Shown: piece after piece, positions 52,115-61,960 of the stretch
Layout: every line of letters starts with the position of its first letter
Numbering within the stretch: position 1 is the first letter of the stretch
From: Octopus vulgaris
Lineage: Eukaryota
DNA: 64,000 bases
Reading direction: 5' to 3'
Assembly (NCBI GenBank): GCA_951406725.2
Contig: OX597822.1
Location: 87,420,001 to 87,484,000 of the forward strand
The notes under the pieces: generated by a model
The model's input: the letters and a program-made list of their open reading frames with translations, nothing else
Databases searched by the model: none
Told to the model about the DNA's origin: nothing
Made by a program: the position numbers and the translations under genes

Positions 52115-55100
52115 CTGAACCACAAAAGAAATGTGAATTTTTTCAAATGTCATTTTTATGTTGAAAATTCTGAAAATTTATTTCGGGGATTTAAGTGTAA
52201 ATATTCCAAGACATGCTGGTTTATGGCTGAGACCCAAATTGCAGGTAACCTTTCAATTTTCCCTGAAAAGAGTTGTGAAAACGCACCTGTGTTGAATGCC
52301 ATGGGTGGCAGTCACAAAGAATTGTCATGAAAACTGAAACGCATGTGCATGTCATGGAGGTTATGGGTATAAAAATCAACTTGAACCATGTTCCTGGGAT
52401 TCATAATTTGGATGCATCAAGTGTGGCCCGATTGTCAGCAGTGCAGAGAGATAAGCTATTGGCCGATTGCAAGCAGGGCAGTGTGTCCTAGTTGTTGCAA
52501 AAGCTTACAATGTCCATGTCAGCACCATCTATCATACAAAACTGACATGGAGCACATTGCAGGTGTGTGACTCAGTGGATCCTGTCAAACCATCCAACCC
52601 ATGCCAACATGAAAAACTGGGATTAAAAGATGATGATGATGATGATGATGCTGACATTCTCATGTAGCACTTTATGGCGATTTCTGTGACATATGAGAAA
52701 AACCGAAAAGAATCAATTTGGAAATTATAATTAAAAATGTTACAGCTTACTGTATTTCTGGCCTGGATCCAGTTGAGTTAATGTGACCCGATGCATATAA
52801 ATATGCCGTTGCTCAGAGCCACCATCTATAAAGAGGGTTTCAGTACCTGGAACCATGTATTTTAATGAATCCTGACCATATTCAACCATTGAAGAGTTAG
52901 TCTCACTCATTGTCACCCAAGTAACCACCATCTGAGTAGGATCATCTGAAAATAATTAAGATTATAATTTATGCAGATTTACAGAGTAGCTTTAATGCAA
53001 AGGAGAGCATCGAAGAGTAATTACAAAGAGTATACAAGAGTAACTATGGAAGAGAGTAAGAGCAGTTACAGAGGAAAATAAATGAGAGTTGTTAGAGAGG
53101 AGGGTATATGAAAGTAGTTGTATTGGTTCAAACGTAAAACTTTAAAATTGAATCAACTCTTGAAAGCTGAAATTAAAAATAGCAGCCAAAGTAAAAGAAA
53201 AAAATGTTATTAAGGAAAAACTTGGGAGATTGCTATGAAAGAGTACTTTCAGAGACAAAAACCTAATATTTCCATTTTTAACTATACTCTTTACTCTTTT
53301 ACTTGTTTCAGTCATTTGACTGTGGCCATGCTGGAGCACCGCCTTTAGTCGAGCAAATCGACCCCGGGACTTATTCTTTGTAAGCCCAGTACTTATTCTA
53401 TCGGTCTCTTTTGCCGAACCACTAAGTGATGAGGACGTAAACACACCAGCATCGGTTGTCAAGCAATGCTAGGGGGACAAACAAACACACACACATATAT
53501 ATATATACATATATACGACAGGCTTCTTTCAGTTTCCGTCTACCAAATCCACTCACAAGGCATTGGTCGCCCCGGGGCTATAGCAGAAGACACTTGCCCA
53601 AGATGCCACGCAGTGGGACTGAACCCGGAACCATGTGGTTGGTAAGCAAGCTACTTACCACACAGCCACTCCTGCGCCTATAAGATGAAGATTCAAAGAA
53701 TGTGTTAATGATGCTGAGCCAACTCTTGTAAATTACAGGATCTTTACTCAATAAAGTCACAGTAAAACTGTTATCAACATTTTCTTGATTTCTTTGTGAA
53801 ATTCCAAATATTCAAGTTATTTTGACCTTTTATAACAAGATCCTATTACATCATATATCCTGATCTCTAATGATGTCCAATGAATTGATATAAAATTCAC
53901 CTCTTTCAAAGCATTATTCCAGTTATGAGATGATAATTTTGTTGTCTCTAGAGGTTGATTTGTAAATATAATTATTTCTTTATTACCCACAAGGGGCTAA
54001 ACATAGAGGGGACAAACAAGGACAGACATAGGTATGAAGTCGATTACATCGACTCCAGTGCGTAACTGGTACTTAATTTATCGACCCCGAAAGGATGAAA
54101 GGTAAAGTCGACCTCAGTGGAATTTGAACTCACAACGTAACGGCAGACGAAATACTACTAAGCATTTCGCCCGACGTGCTAACGTTTCTGATTTGTAAAT
54201 ATAATGACATGCAGTATGGAAAGCTATGGGTAAAAAGACATTATTTACAGACTCAATAATTTCATAATGTACTTTTGCTTGCGATGTTAGAAATCAGAAA
54301 TGACAATTTGTTCACCATCACACGCATGTTTAATGCCAGTGAATTTTCTCTTTTCAGAAATGAATGTATGTAAATAAGTAGATAGGAAAACTTTTTCCAC
54401 ATTTATCATAAATATCAAGTGATGGGCTAAGTGGTGTGGGCATACTTTTTGCTGAGAAATGGGTCGACAAGGTCACAGAAGTAGTCAGAGTGTACGAAAG
54501 AGTACTTAAGCTCAGGCTAGTTTTGCAGAATAGTACAGCAACAATTATTTCTGCCTATGCCCCACAGCTGGGTCTACCAAATGGACAAAAGGACTACTTT
54601 TATGATATTCTTCTGCAGGCTACCTCAAAGATGAATGACAATGACCTCATCTTCGTGGCTGGTGATTTCAATAGACATTTTGGGCATCAGCCAGGTATCT
54701 TCTATTGTGTACATGGGGGCCATGGAATTGGTTCCCAAAATGAAAAGGGAGCAAGGCTACAGGAGTTCTGTGATGTGAATAACCTATTGATTTGCAAGAC
54801 CAACTTCAGGAAAAGTGAGACAGACACCTGATAACCTATCAATTGGATGATGACCATATTAACCAGATTGATTACATTCTCACCAAACAGTGAGATACAT
54901 GGGTGCTCTTAAATGCAGAGACCTTCCCTGGTGAAGAATGTACACCCCAGCATAGACTAGTCATCGGCGACTTTAGGCTTCAGGCCAGAAGGATGCCAAG
55001 AAGTAGACCAATCTGGAAAAGAAGGATTTGGAAGCTTAAGGATCCTTTATGTGGTCAGAAATTTAGGGACACCTTAATTGAGAAATTTGATGAGGAGGAA

Positions 55101-58100
55101 CTTCAGACTTGTAACATAGAGGGCAACTGAGAGTTCTTGTAGAGCAGCTTACTGAGTGCCACAGACCAAATCTGTGACTGATGCAAAGTTCCAACCAAAC
55201 CTAGGGTAACGTTGTGATGGAATGATGCTGTAGACAAGGCCATTAAAGCAAAGAAACAGGACTGGAAGAGTGGTGGTAGCAGGGAACTATATCAGGCAAC
55301 TAGGAGGGATGCTAGAAGACAAGTGTACTTAGCCAGGGGAATAGCAGAAAAGAGGAAGTTTGCCAATATTCTACATTGTGAGGATGAGAGTCTTGAAGTG
55401 TTTTGGATTGCAAGACAGTGTGTGAAAGAAAATTGTGATGTGGTAGGGAAGAAATGTGTTCACATGGATGATGGCTCACAGTTAGTGGTTCTGCAAAGGA
55501 GGAGGCTTGAAAGTGCCACTATGAAAGACTGCTTAATGTAGAAAAGGAGAACCTGCCCAATGTGGATTCAACAGAGAGATTGCCTATTCAAATCGACAGT
55601 AGCTTAGTAAATAAAGCAATTAAGGATATGAAGACAAGGAAAGCCTATGATCCATCAGGAATCACTGCTGAGATGCTTAAAATCTCTGGTGGAGTGGGAT
55701 ATAACCTGGTCACCTGTATAATTAACCAGGTTGTCCATAAGGAAATCATATCCAATGACTGGTGTAGCAGCATTATAGTCAGCTGCTGCAAAGGCAAAGG
55801 TGATGCCCTAGACAGAAATAATTACAGAAGCATCAAATTGCTGAACCAGGAGGTGAAAGTTGCAGAAAGGATCAGAGCTCACTTAATTAGGAAGCAAGTT
55901 AGCATAGATCAGATGCAGTTTGGATTTGTGCCAGGAAGAATCACCACTAATGTTATCTTCTTGGTGAGGCAACTGCAGGAGAAATAACTGGCCAAAAATA
56001 AACCTCTGTTTCTGGCTTTTGACAGGCTCTCTCCATATCAGGATTTCTCCCTGCTCCCTTATCTGGTAAGGCAATGCTAGGGATAGTGGTTAGTGAGAGC
56101 CATGTAAAGGGATGATGTTCGTAAGGTGAGAGTTGCCATGGGGGTGCTTGGTCATTCCAATGCTGTGACCTTGCCATTGCCCATGGTAATACTGCGAGCA
56201 TCTTGGCTTGCTTCCGTAGGTTTCCTTGAACCTTGTGGTGTGTGACCGACTGATGCACTTAGTGTTGAATTGATGGTTTTTCCTCTTCTTTCTTCCACTT
56301 TTTACTTTTTTCTCTTCCTTTGCTCATATTTGTATCTTTTTTGGTTTGGGATTTGAATTTAAATGTGGATTATTTTTGTAATTAAGATCATGTACTTCTT
56401 ATAAATGAGAAAAAAAAAAACAACTCTTATCCCAAAACAAAACAAAAAAACCCCTCATGTATTGTGATTTAATTCTTATGATGGTATTATTCCGCCAAGG
56501 TCGATTTTGCCTTTCGTAATTTCAGGATCGATAAAATAAGTCCCAGTTGGGCACTGGAATCCATGAAGTCTATTTAACCCCTCCCCCTAACTTGATGGTC
56601 TTGTGCCAAAATTTGAAACCATTATTATTAGTAGTAGTAAATCCTCTTCATCACCACAAATTTATGACAATCGAAAAAGGATTTTCTTTTTTATTGCAAA
56701 TACAGTTTAATCCTGTACATGCCTCCCACAAACTGTTTGGCCGTATGCCCACTTAAGATATTCTTTTCTACTCTAGACCGTATGCCCACTTAAGATATTC
56801 TTTTCTACTCTAGGCCGTATGCCCACTTAAGATATTCTTTTCTACTCTAGACCGTATGCCCACTTAAGATATTCTTTTCTACTCTAGACCGTATGCCCAC
56901 TTAAGATATTCTTTTCTACTCTAGACCGTATGCCCACTTAAGATATTCTTTTCTACTCTAGACCGTATGCCCACTTAAGATATTCTTTTCTACTCTAGAC
57001 CGTATGCCCACTTAAGATATTCTTTTCTACTCTAGGCACAAAGCCCGAAATTTTGGGGGAAGGGGGCCAGTCGATTAGATCGATCCCAGTACTCCACTGG
57101 TAACTTAATTTATCGACCCCGAAAGGATGAAAGGCAAAGTCGACCTCCGCGGAAATGGAACTCAGAACGTAACGACGGGCTAAATACCGCCAAGCATTCG
57201 CCCGGCATGCTAACGTTTCTGCCGGTCCGCCGCCTTGCCCACTTCAGGTATTGAAATATAACATTGTTATGTCTTGTTGCAAACTATAATTCTCGTTAGA
57301 CTCAGTCAAATACTGGGATGACATAACTGACTACCTTCTCTTCCTCCTCCTTCCCAGAATGCGGTCTCATGTCTATTTGAAACCTCGCCATCATTTATGT
57401 TGTAGTGATTGACGTTATTATTTGGGCAAGAATAGTGTCGGATTAGATGTTTTATCAAGGATCAGAACCTTATCTTTTTAAATTCAAAGAATTATGAGGT
57501 TGACCCAGCCTTTAATCTCCTTGGGAATCGATAAAAATATTGATTTTTAACATTCGCACTACCACAGATTTGGAGGGACGGTATAATCAATGAAATTTTT
57601 TTTATCGATCGCAAGACGAAGTTGACCTCAGCGAGACAAATCGAAGGTGATTTGGCAACAGCAAAGCCAAACACTATAATCCTGTTTTTAAATTTATACA
57701 GTTTTACATGAGATACAACGTTTTTATAAGCAATCGAAGGATTGTTATAAAAAAATAATTGTTTATAAAGACTTGAAATCGTAAAATGTTGATTCTATCC
57801 CGGTGATATTTTTTATAATAAATATTTAGATTTTATGTAAATGCAGATTTCAATTATATAAAAATAGTCAAAAACATACAGCTTTAATTTTGATGAAGCA
57901 ACTATCCAAGAGATGCCGTATCTAAATGAGAAATTTGGATCTAATTTAATTTTTTTTCTATCTTACATAAATCAGTGTTGCATCTGTTGCTACTTCGCAG
58001 GCTTTCTTCCTGTTTCTCTAAAGGAACGTTTGCACAATGACAAGTATTTGCAACTGTAGTTAAGAGAGATTTGGTAGAAAAATTAATTAATTAATCAGAT

Positions 58101-58418
58101 CGATCATTTTTGAATGGTGTAGCATAGAATGGATAATCAATTACTAAAATGAAAGTAAGAAAGAGCATAAATATACAAATATAAGCGAAGGGTAAGAGTC
58201 AGACTGTAGCGAAAGCAAGAAATAGTAGTAGTAAATCCGCATAGATTCTGCGCACCAATTTACGGCCAATTGAAATAAAAATTGAATTATATTTTAATCT
58301 TACCTCCGTAAGATAAATGAACTTGCTCGGGTTGATAATAGAAGGGGCCATCCGCCATAGCACTGCAAACAATCAAATGTAACAGCGTTACTCCAACGAA
58401 AGCTCCGCTGATTGACAT
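31965..58418 (-). CDS. ACP7: Acid phosphatase type 7 / iron-zinc purple acid phosphatase-like protein, complete spliced gene, 444 aa; complement(join(31965..32045,34453..34590,35063..35134,37311..37439,40115..40343,43551..43619,45881..45978,46946..46971,47861..48043,52751..52945,58304..58418))
   Basis: 11 GT-AG exons summing to 1335 nt. Signal peptide, FN3-like PAP N-domain ([15 protein letters not shown]) and all five PAP metal-binding blocks: GDMG, GDLAY, GNHE, AMAH, AHEH. Confidence 0.95.
32414..32610. mobile_element. TTAA-flanked MITE (same family as 793-1019)
   Basis: TTAACGCTTTAGCATTCA ... TGAATGTTATGTGGTTAA, with internal similarity to the first copy. Confidence 0.65.
33680..34425 (+). 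mobile_element. RTE-clade LINE 3' fragment with tail
   Basis: [16 protein letters not shown]; (GAT)n tail ends about 27 bp from the ACP7 exon 10 donor. Confidence 0.85.
34453..34590 (-). CDS. ACP7: ACP7 exon 10 (GNVEGQDPF...[24 protein letters not shown])
   Basis: CAG acceptor, GTCAGT donor, 138 nt. Confidence 0.95.
35063..35134 (-). CDS. ACP7: ACP7 exon 9 ([24 protein letters not shown])
   Basis: TAG acceptor, GTGAGT donor, 72 nt. Confidence 0.95.
35930..37030 (-). mobile_element. R4/Dong-clade non-LTR RT relic, with an internal insertion at about 36380-36660
   Basis: [14 protein letters not shown]; [17 protein letters not shown]...[25 protein letters not shown]. Confidence 0.8.
37311..37439 (-). 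CDS. ACP7: ACP7 exon 8 ([43 protein letters not shown])
   Basis: CAG acceptor, GTGAGT donor, 129 nt; AHEHSYER motif. Confidence 0.96.
37487..38739 (-). mobile_element. Full-length degenerate Tc1-like transposon (1253 bp)
   Basis: 30-bp TIRs CAGGGG(C/T)TGGACAAAATAATGGAAACACCT; TA at the left end; transposase pieces [43 protein letters not shown]-like. Confidence 0.92.
38811..39263. mobile_element. Head-to-head inverted pair of family A SINEs
   Basis: Minus copy about 38811-39014, plus copy about 39041-39263. Confidence 0.8.
40115..40343 (-). CDS. ACP7: ACP7 exon 7 ([14 protein letters not shown]...[13 protein letters not shown]...[16 protein letters not shown]...)
   Basis: CAG acceptor, GTAAGT donor, 229 nt. 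Confidence 0.96.
40516..41060 (+). mobile_element. CR1-clade LINE 3' end
   Basis: ORF 40649..40906: TRGH..K...[17 protein letters not shown]...FK; AT-rich tail. Confidence 0.85.
41470..42160 (+). mobile_element. Old LINE RT relic (CR1/Jockey-group-like), interrupted by an RTE tail at 41783-41968
   Basis: [20 protein letters not shown]...[13 protein letters not shown] resembles NYRPISL..SKV.E..QYGF..ALDISKAFD.V. Confidence 0.65.
43551..43619 (-). CDS. ACP7: ACP7 exon 6 ([22 protein letters not shown])
   Basis: TAG acceptor, GTGAGT donor, 69 nt. Confidence 0.94.
43665..43793. repeat. (AAT)n microsatellite
   Basis: Direct reading; a few GAT/GAC variants. Confidence 0.95.
43794..44130 (+). mobile_element. 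Probable 5'-truncated non-LTR element inserted in an (AAT)n array
   Basis: GC-richer 337-bp block bounded on both sides by (AAT)n. Confidence 0.5.
45881..45978 (-). CDS. ACP7: ACP7 exon 5 ([32 protein letters not shown])
   Basis: AAG acceptor, GTAAGT donor, 98 nt; GNHE motif. Confidence 0.95.
46946..46971 (-). CDS. ACP7: ACP7 exon 4, 26-nt microexon (GDLAYNMDT)
   Basis: TAG acceptor after a pyrimidine tract, GTAAGT donor; supplies the GDxxY motif and bridges phase 1 to 0. Confidence 0.93.
47861..48043 (-). CDS. ACP7: ACP7 exon 3 ([10 protein letters not shown]...[10 protein letters not shown]...FDAVLHV)
   Basis: CAG acceptor, GTGAGA donor, 183 nt; DxG motif. Confidence 0.96.
48850..49220 (-). 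mobile_element. Penelope-like element N-terminal relic
   Basis: [43 protein letters not shown], a typical PLE NLS..LSKGL.F.PTP motif. Confidence 0.75.
50126..50161 (-). ncRNA. Minimal hammerhead ribozyme-like motif (degenerate)
   Basis: Minus strand CTTT-CAGTAGA-A-GAGC-GTAG-GCTC-GAAA-CG-TG-AAAG; same layout as 25016-25050 with a covarying stem I. Confidence 0.45.
50658..51049 (+). mobile_element. Full-length tRNA-derived SINE, family B
   Basis: Head GGTGCAGGAGTGGCTGTATGGTAAG...GGGTTCAGTCC; internal (TA)/(TG) tract; GTAAAAGA tail. Confidence 0.85.
51085..51790 (+). mobile_element. CRE-clade non-LTR retrotransposon, N-terminal relic
   Basis: [45 protein letters not shown]: motifs preceding the CRE RT. 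Confidence 0.7.
51888..52007. repeat. Perfect 59-bp inverted repeat with a 2-nt spacer
   Basis: 51888-51946 is the exact reverse complement of 51949-52007. Confidence 0.95.
52113..52560 (+). mobile_element. Tc1-like transposon 5' fragment
   Basis: TA-CACTGAACCACAAAAG terminus; [31 protein letters not shown] relic. Confidence 0.65.
52751..52945 (-). CDS. ACP7: ACP7 exon 2 ([11 protein letters not shown]...[18 protein letters not shown])
   Basis: CAG acceptor, GTAAGC donor, 195 nt, phase 1-1. Confidence 0.95.
53286..53678 (-). mobile_element. Full-length tRNA-derived SINE, family B
   Basis: Near-identical reverse complement of 50658-51049. Confidence 0.85.
54420..56130 (+). mobile_element. 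RTE-clade LINE: APE endonuclease plus RT N-half, degenerate
   Basis: [39 protein letters not shown] across several ORFs. Confidence 0.92.
56741..57036 (+). repeat. Minisatellite, 8 x 37 bp (CCGTATGCCCACTTAAGATATTCTTTTCTACTCTAGR)
   Basis: Eight contiguous units that differ only at the last base. Confidence 0.97.
57018..57235 (-). mobile_element. Family A SINE with target-site duplication
   Basis: Flanked by TGCCCACTTAAGA and TGCCCACTTCAGG. Confidence 0.8.
58304..58418 (-). CDS. ACP7: ACP7 exon 1 ([38 protein letters not shown]), signal peptide
   Basis: ATG at 58418-58416, hydrophobic leader, PEQVHLSY motif, GTAAGA donor. Confidence 0.92.
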
Positions 58419-58511
58419 CTTTTTAAGACTGATTGGTTCGAAGTGTGAAGAAGGATTGACTCGAAAGCAGACCTCTTTCAATTGCTTGCCAATCTCGCAA
58501 CTCAATTATTA

Positions 58512-58580
58512 TTTATAAGAAAAGAAGGAAGTGACGTCAGGGCACGTGCGTATTTGGCTGTCCTATTTCATTTGTAAACA
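58512..58580 (-). promoter_or_regulatory. ACP7 proximal promoter: TATAAA (58512-58517), overlapping ETS-CRE GGAAGTGACGTCA (58527-58539), E-box CACGTG (58543-58548), Forkhead TGTAAACA (58573-58580)
   Basis: Five consensus motifs within 70 bp, about 95-160 bp upstream of the ATG, in non-repeat DNA with retained CpGs. Confidence 0.6.
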
Positions 58581-59099
58581 CTTGATGATGATCGTAGTAG
58601 TAGTTGCTGTTGTATTTGCAGCAACAACAACAGTGGTGGTGGCGGCGGCCTTCGTCATGCGTGGTTTACTTACACTGACACTATTTAGGCACTCGTGATA
58701 AATTAAACTGATAAGCACATCACAAACAAAAGTTGAAGATAAGGCTTCTATTTATCCTCTCTTTCTCCTACCCTCTCTTTCTCTCTCCTACTATCTCTCT
58801 CTCTCTCTCTCTCTTTCTCTCCAGATAAGCAGCTGACGTTTCTATAGTTTTAGAAGTTCAATATTTTTAATTTTTAAACTCCAAAATCTACCTCCACTCC
58901 AACACTAAGTGGTCACTTTACCTGCTAAAAATAGCAGTTGAATCTCTCTTAATGCACAACATTTTGTCTTTAAAAAGGCGCATTGGATAACATAATCGTA
59001 GATATATTATGTCTGTCAAAATTTTTGAATAGTCAGGGATGCAATGCCTAAGATCATAGGCCTGCTTAACTAGGACTGACCTAGGGACCAGATAATTGT

Positions 59100-59912
59100 A
59101 ATCCTTTTTCATTATAGGCACAAGTCTTGAAAAGTTGGAGGAGGAGGCTGGTGAATTACATCAAACCCTGTGTTTCACTGGTACTAAATTTATTGACCCC
59201 AAAAGGATGAAAGTCAAAGTTGACCTCCGCAGATTTTGAATCCAGAACGTAAAAACAGATAAAATGTCACTAAGCATTTTGTCCAGTGCTCTTATGATTC
59301 TGCCAGTTTACTTCCTTTAATAATAATAATAATAATAATAATCCTTTCTACTAAAGGCATAAGACTTGAAATTTTGGTGGACGGGACAAGTCGATTACAT
59401 CAACCCCAGTGTTTCACTGGTACTTAATTTATTGACTCCAAAAGGGTGAAAGGCAAAGTCAAACTTGGCAGAATTTGAGCTCAGAACCTAGCTGCAGTTG
59501 AAATACCTATTTCTTTACTGCCTATAAGGGGCTACACACAGAGGGGACAAAGGGATTAAGTTGATTATATCGACTCCAGTGCATAACTGGTACTTAATTT
59601 ATCAACCCCGAAAGGATGAAAGGCAAAGTCGACCTCGGCGGAATTTGAACTCAGAATGTAACGGCAGACGAAATACCTATTTCCTTACTACCCACAAGGG
59701 GCTAAACACAGAGGGGACAAACAAGGACAGACAAACGGATTAAGTCGATTATATCAATGCCAGTGCGTAACTGGTACTTATTTAATCGACCCCGAAAGGA
59801 TGAAAGGTAAAGTTGACCTTGGTGGAATTTGAATTCAAAACATAACGGCAGACAAAATACCACTAAGCATTTCGCCCAGTGTGCTAACGTTTCTGCCAGC
59901 TCGCTGCCTTAA
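59100..59912 (-). mobile_element. Cluster of family A SINEs including an internally multimerised copy
   Basis: Core AAAGG(A/G)TGAAAG.CAAAGT repeated four times; a single head at about 59910 for the 59342-59912 array. Confidence 0.8.
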
Positions 59913-60238
59913 GAAAAGAAGAGGGTGAAGGACGAGGGGGGACAATACAAAGACAAACATAAAGTGTGTGTGGTGGGGTTATATACGATTGAATGATTTT
60001 AAAATGTTTACACGGTATACAATAATAAGGAATAGTATACATAGTATACAATAGTAAGAGAGAGGGAGGAGAAGGATGACAGTGATCTGGTCCTCCTGAT
60101 ACAGGAGGGCCTCTACAGATGATCGAAGAACCCCACCATCCAAGATCTCCCTGAATACCAAAGACAGTTCCTTTCAACTCACAGATCTAAACTTTGAGTG
60201 ATATCATCCTCTCTAGCCATTTTCACAACTGTCACCCA

Positions 60239-60912
60239 CATCATCATCATCATCGTTTAACGTCCGCTTTCCATGCTAGCATGGGTTGAACGATTTGACT
60301 GAGGACTGGCGAACCAGATGGCTGCACCAGGCTCTAATCTGATCTGGCAGAGTTTCTACAGCTGGATGCCTTTCCTAATGCCAACCACTCCGAGAGTGTA
60401 GTGTAGTCACCAGCATGAGGGCTAGTCAGGCAGTACTGGCAACGAGCACGTTCAAATGATGTTTTTTACTTGCCACCTGCACAGGAGCCAGTCGAGCAGC
60501 ACTGGTAACAGCCTCGAATGATTTTTCACTTGCCACCAGCATAAATGCCAGTAAGGCGACACTGGTAATGGTCACGCTCGAATGGTGCTTTTTATTTACC
60601 ACTGGCATGGAAGCCAGTTGGCCGCTCTAGCAATGATCACGCTTGGATGGTACTTTTAGCGCTCCACTAGCATGGTTGCCAGTCATCGAATTTAATTTCG
60701 ATTTCACTTGCCTCAACAGGTCTTCCCAAGCAGAGTTTAGTGTCTAATGAAGGAAAGGTATGCATAAGTGGGCTGGTTACACCCCTGGCATAGGCCACGA
60801 GGTTATGGTCTCACTTGGCTTGCCGGGTCTTCTCAAGCACAGCATATTTCCAAAGGTCCCGGTCACTAGTCATTGCCTCGATGAAGCCTAATGTTTGAAG
60901 GTCATGCTTCAC
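60239..60912 (-). mobile_element. RTE LINE 3' end with UTR
   Basis: VKHDLQTLG..AMTSDRDLWKYAVLEKTRQAK plus tail. Confidence 0.85.
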
Positions 60913-60964
60913 CAGACAAAGGAAAACTGCCTTGCCTGCCTGATTAAAGAAGGGCGGTGGGGCA

Positions 60965-61960
60965 ATCATCATTTCTATTGCTAAATCTTTACTAAATGCT
61001 ATTGATTCTGCTCTAATCGCCCTCTTCACTGGTTGCTGATGATTACCCCTGCCAACAGCAATTTAACTAGTTTGCTAATCCGGACTCTGTAGTTTTTGTG
61101 AGCCAGTAAGAATGCGTTCAACTTCCATTAACCCTGTCCCTGTCTACAGTTTATATCTAAATCTACTGTGCATATTACAAATTTGTGATCTGTATAGCCG
61201 ACCAATTTAAATTGTGAACAACCTAAGTTACCACTGCCATATGACCTAACAAATACTCTATCTAGATACAATATGGATGACCCATTGCAGTTGCTCCACA
61301 TCTACACTGGCACATCAGGGAAATTCATTCGGTACCTGTCATGCTGTTGTTGATGTTGCTGTTTTTGTTGTTGTTGCAGTAGTTGTGTATTGGGCTGCAG
61401 TTGTGGTTTTTGTGTTTGTTTTTGTTGTATCCTAGGATCAAGGCTATGTACTTTGCTCTTTCACCTTCCCCCTTTTGTTACAGTGATCCATTGTTCAGCC
61501 TGCTCTTCTTTCTCCATATCTTTGCTGCTGTTGTTGATTTGGAGGGCAGGGTGTCCTGGAAAAGCTTGCTTTTCAGTGGCAGCTGGGAGTAAACTTCTTC
61601 CTTGTTTTGTTTTGAGGGTGGGTGTTAGTCTTGAGCATGTCCTCATGATTTTGTGTTGGTTGTATTTGTAATGTTGGCAGCAGTGGGAGTTTTGTTTTCT
61701 TTGTTTGAGGGCAAAATGGAATCTTGGCTTTCTATGCTCCACTGATACTGACAGAAGGGTGCCATCCGAGAAGTCTCTTAGGTTAGATAGCTTGTTGATA
61801 AATGTTTGCTTATATTGTAAGGTCAGTTTCATACCTACACCTGACCTGTTTTGTTGAGGTGTTTTCTCTACCTCCAAGATAGTTACCTTGCCTTCCTTTA
61901 TACCTGCCTAGACATCCATCACTAACCAGGTGATGGATATTTCACATGGCAAACATCATG
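60965..61960 (-). mobile_element. Tx1/L1-clade LINE relic (endonuclease end and possible ORF1 piece)
   Basis: WSNCNGSSILYLDRVFV..GYTDHKFV..GQG*WKLNAFLL..KRAIRAESIAFSK. Confidence 0.65.

Noticed and set aside
56741-57036. 37-bp repeats as a CRISPR array
   Set aside because: Units are contiguous with no unique spacers, there are no cas genes, and the context is a eukaryotic intron; explained as a SINE-junction minisatellite.
58419-58505. N-terminal extension MSCEIGK... of ACP7 in the ORF track
   Set aside because: It starts at TTG and probably extends past the TSS; the ATG at 58418 gives a proper signal peptide.
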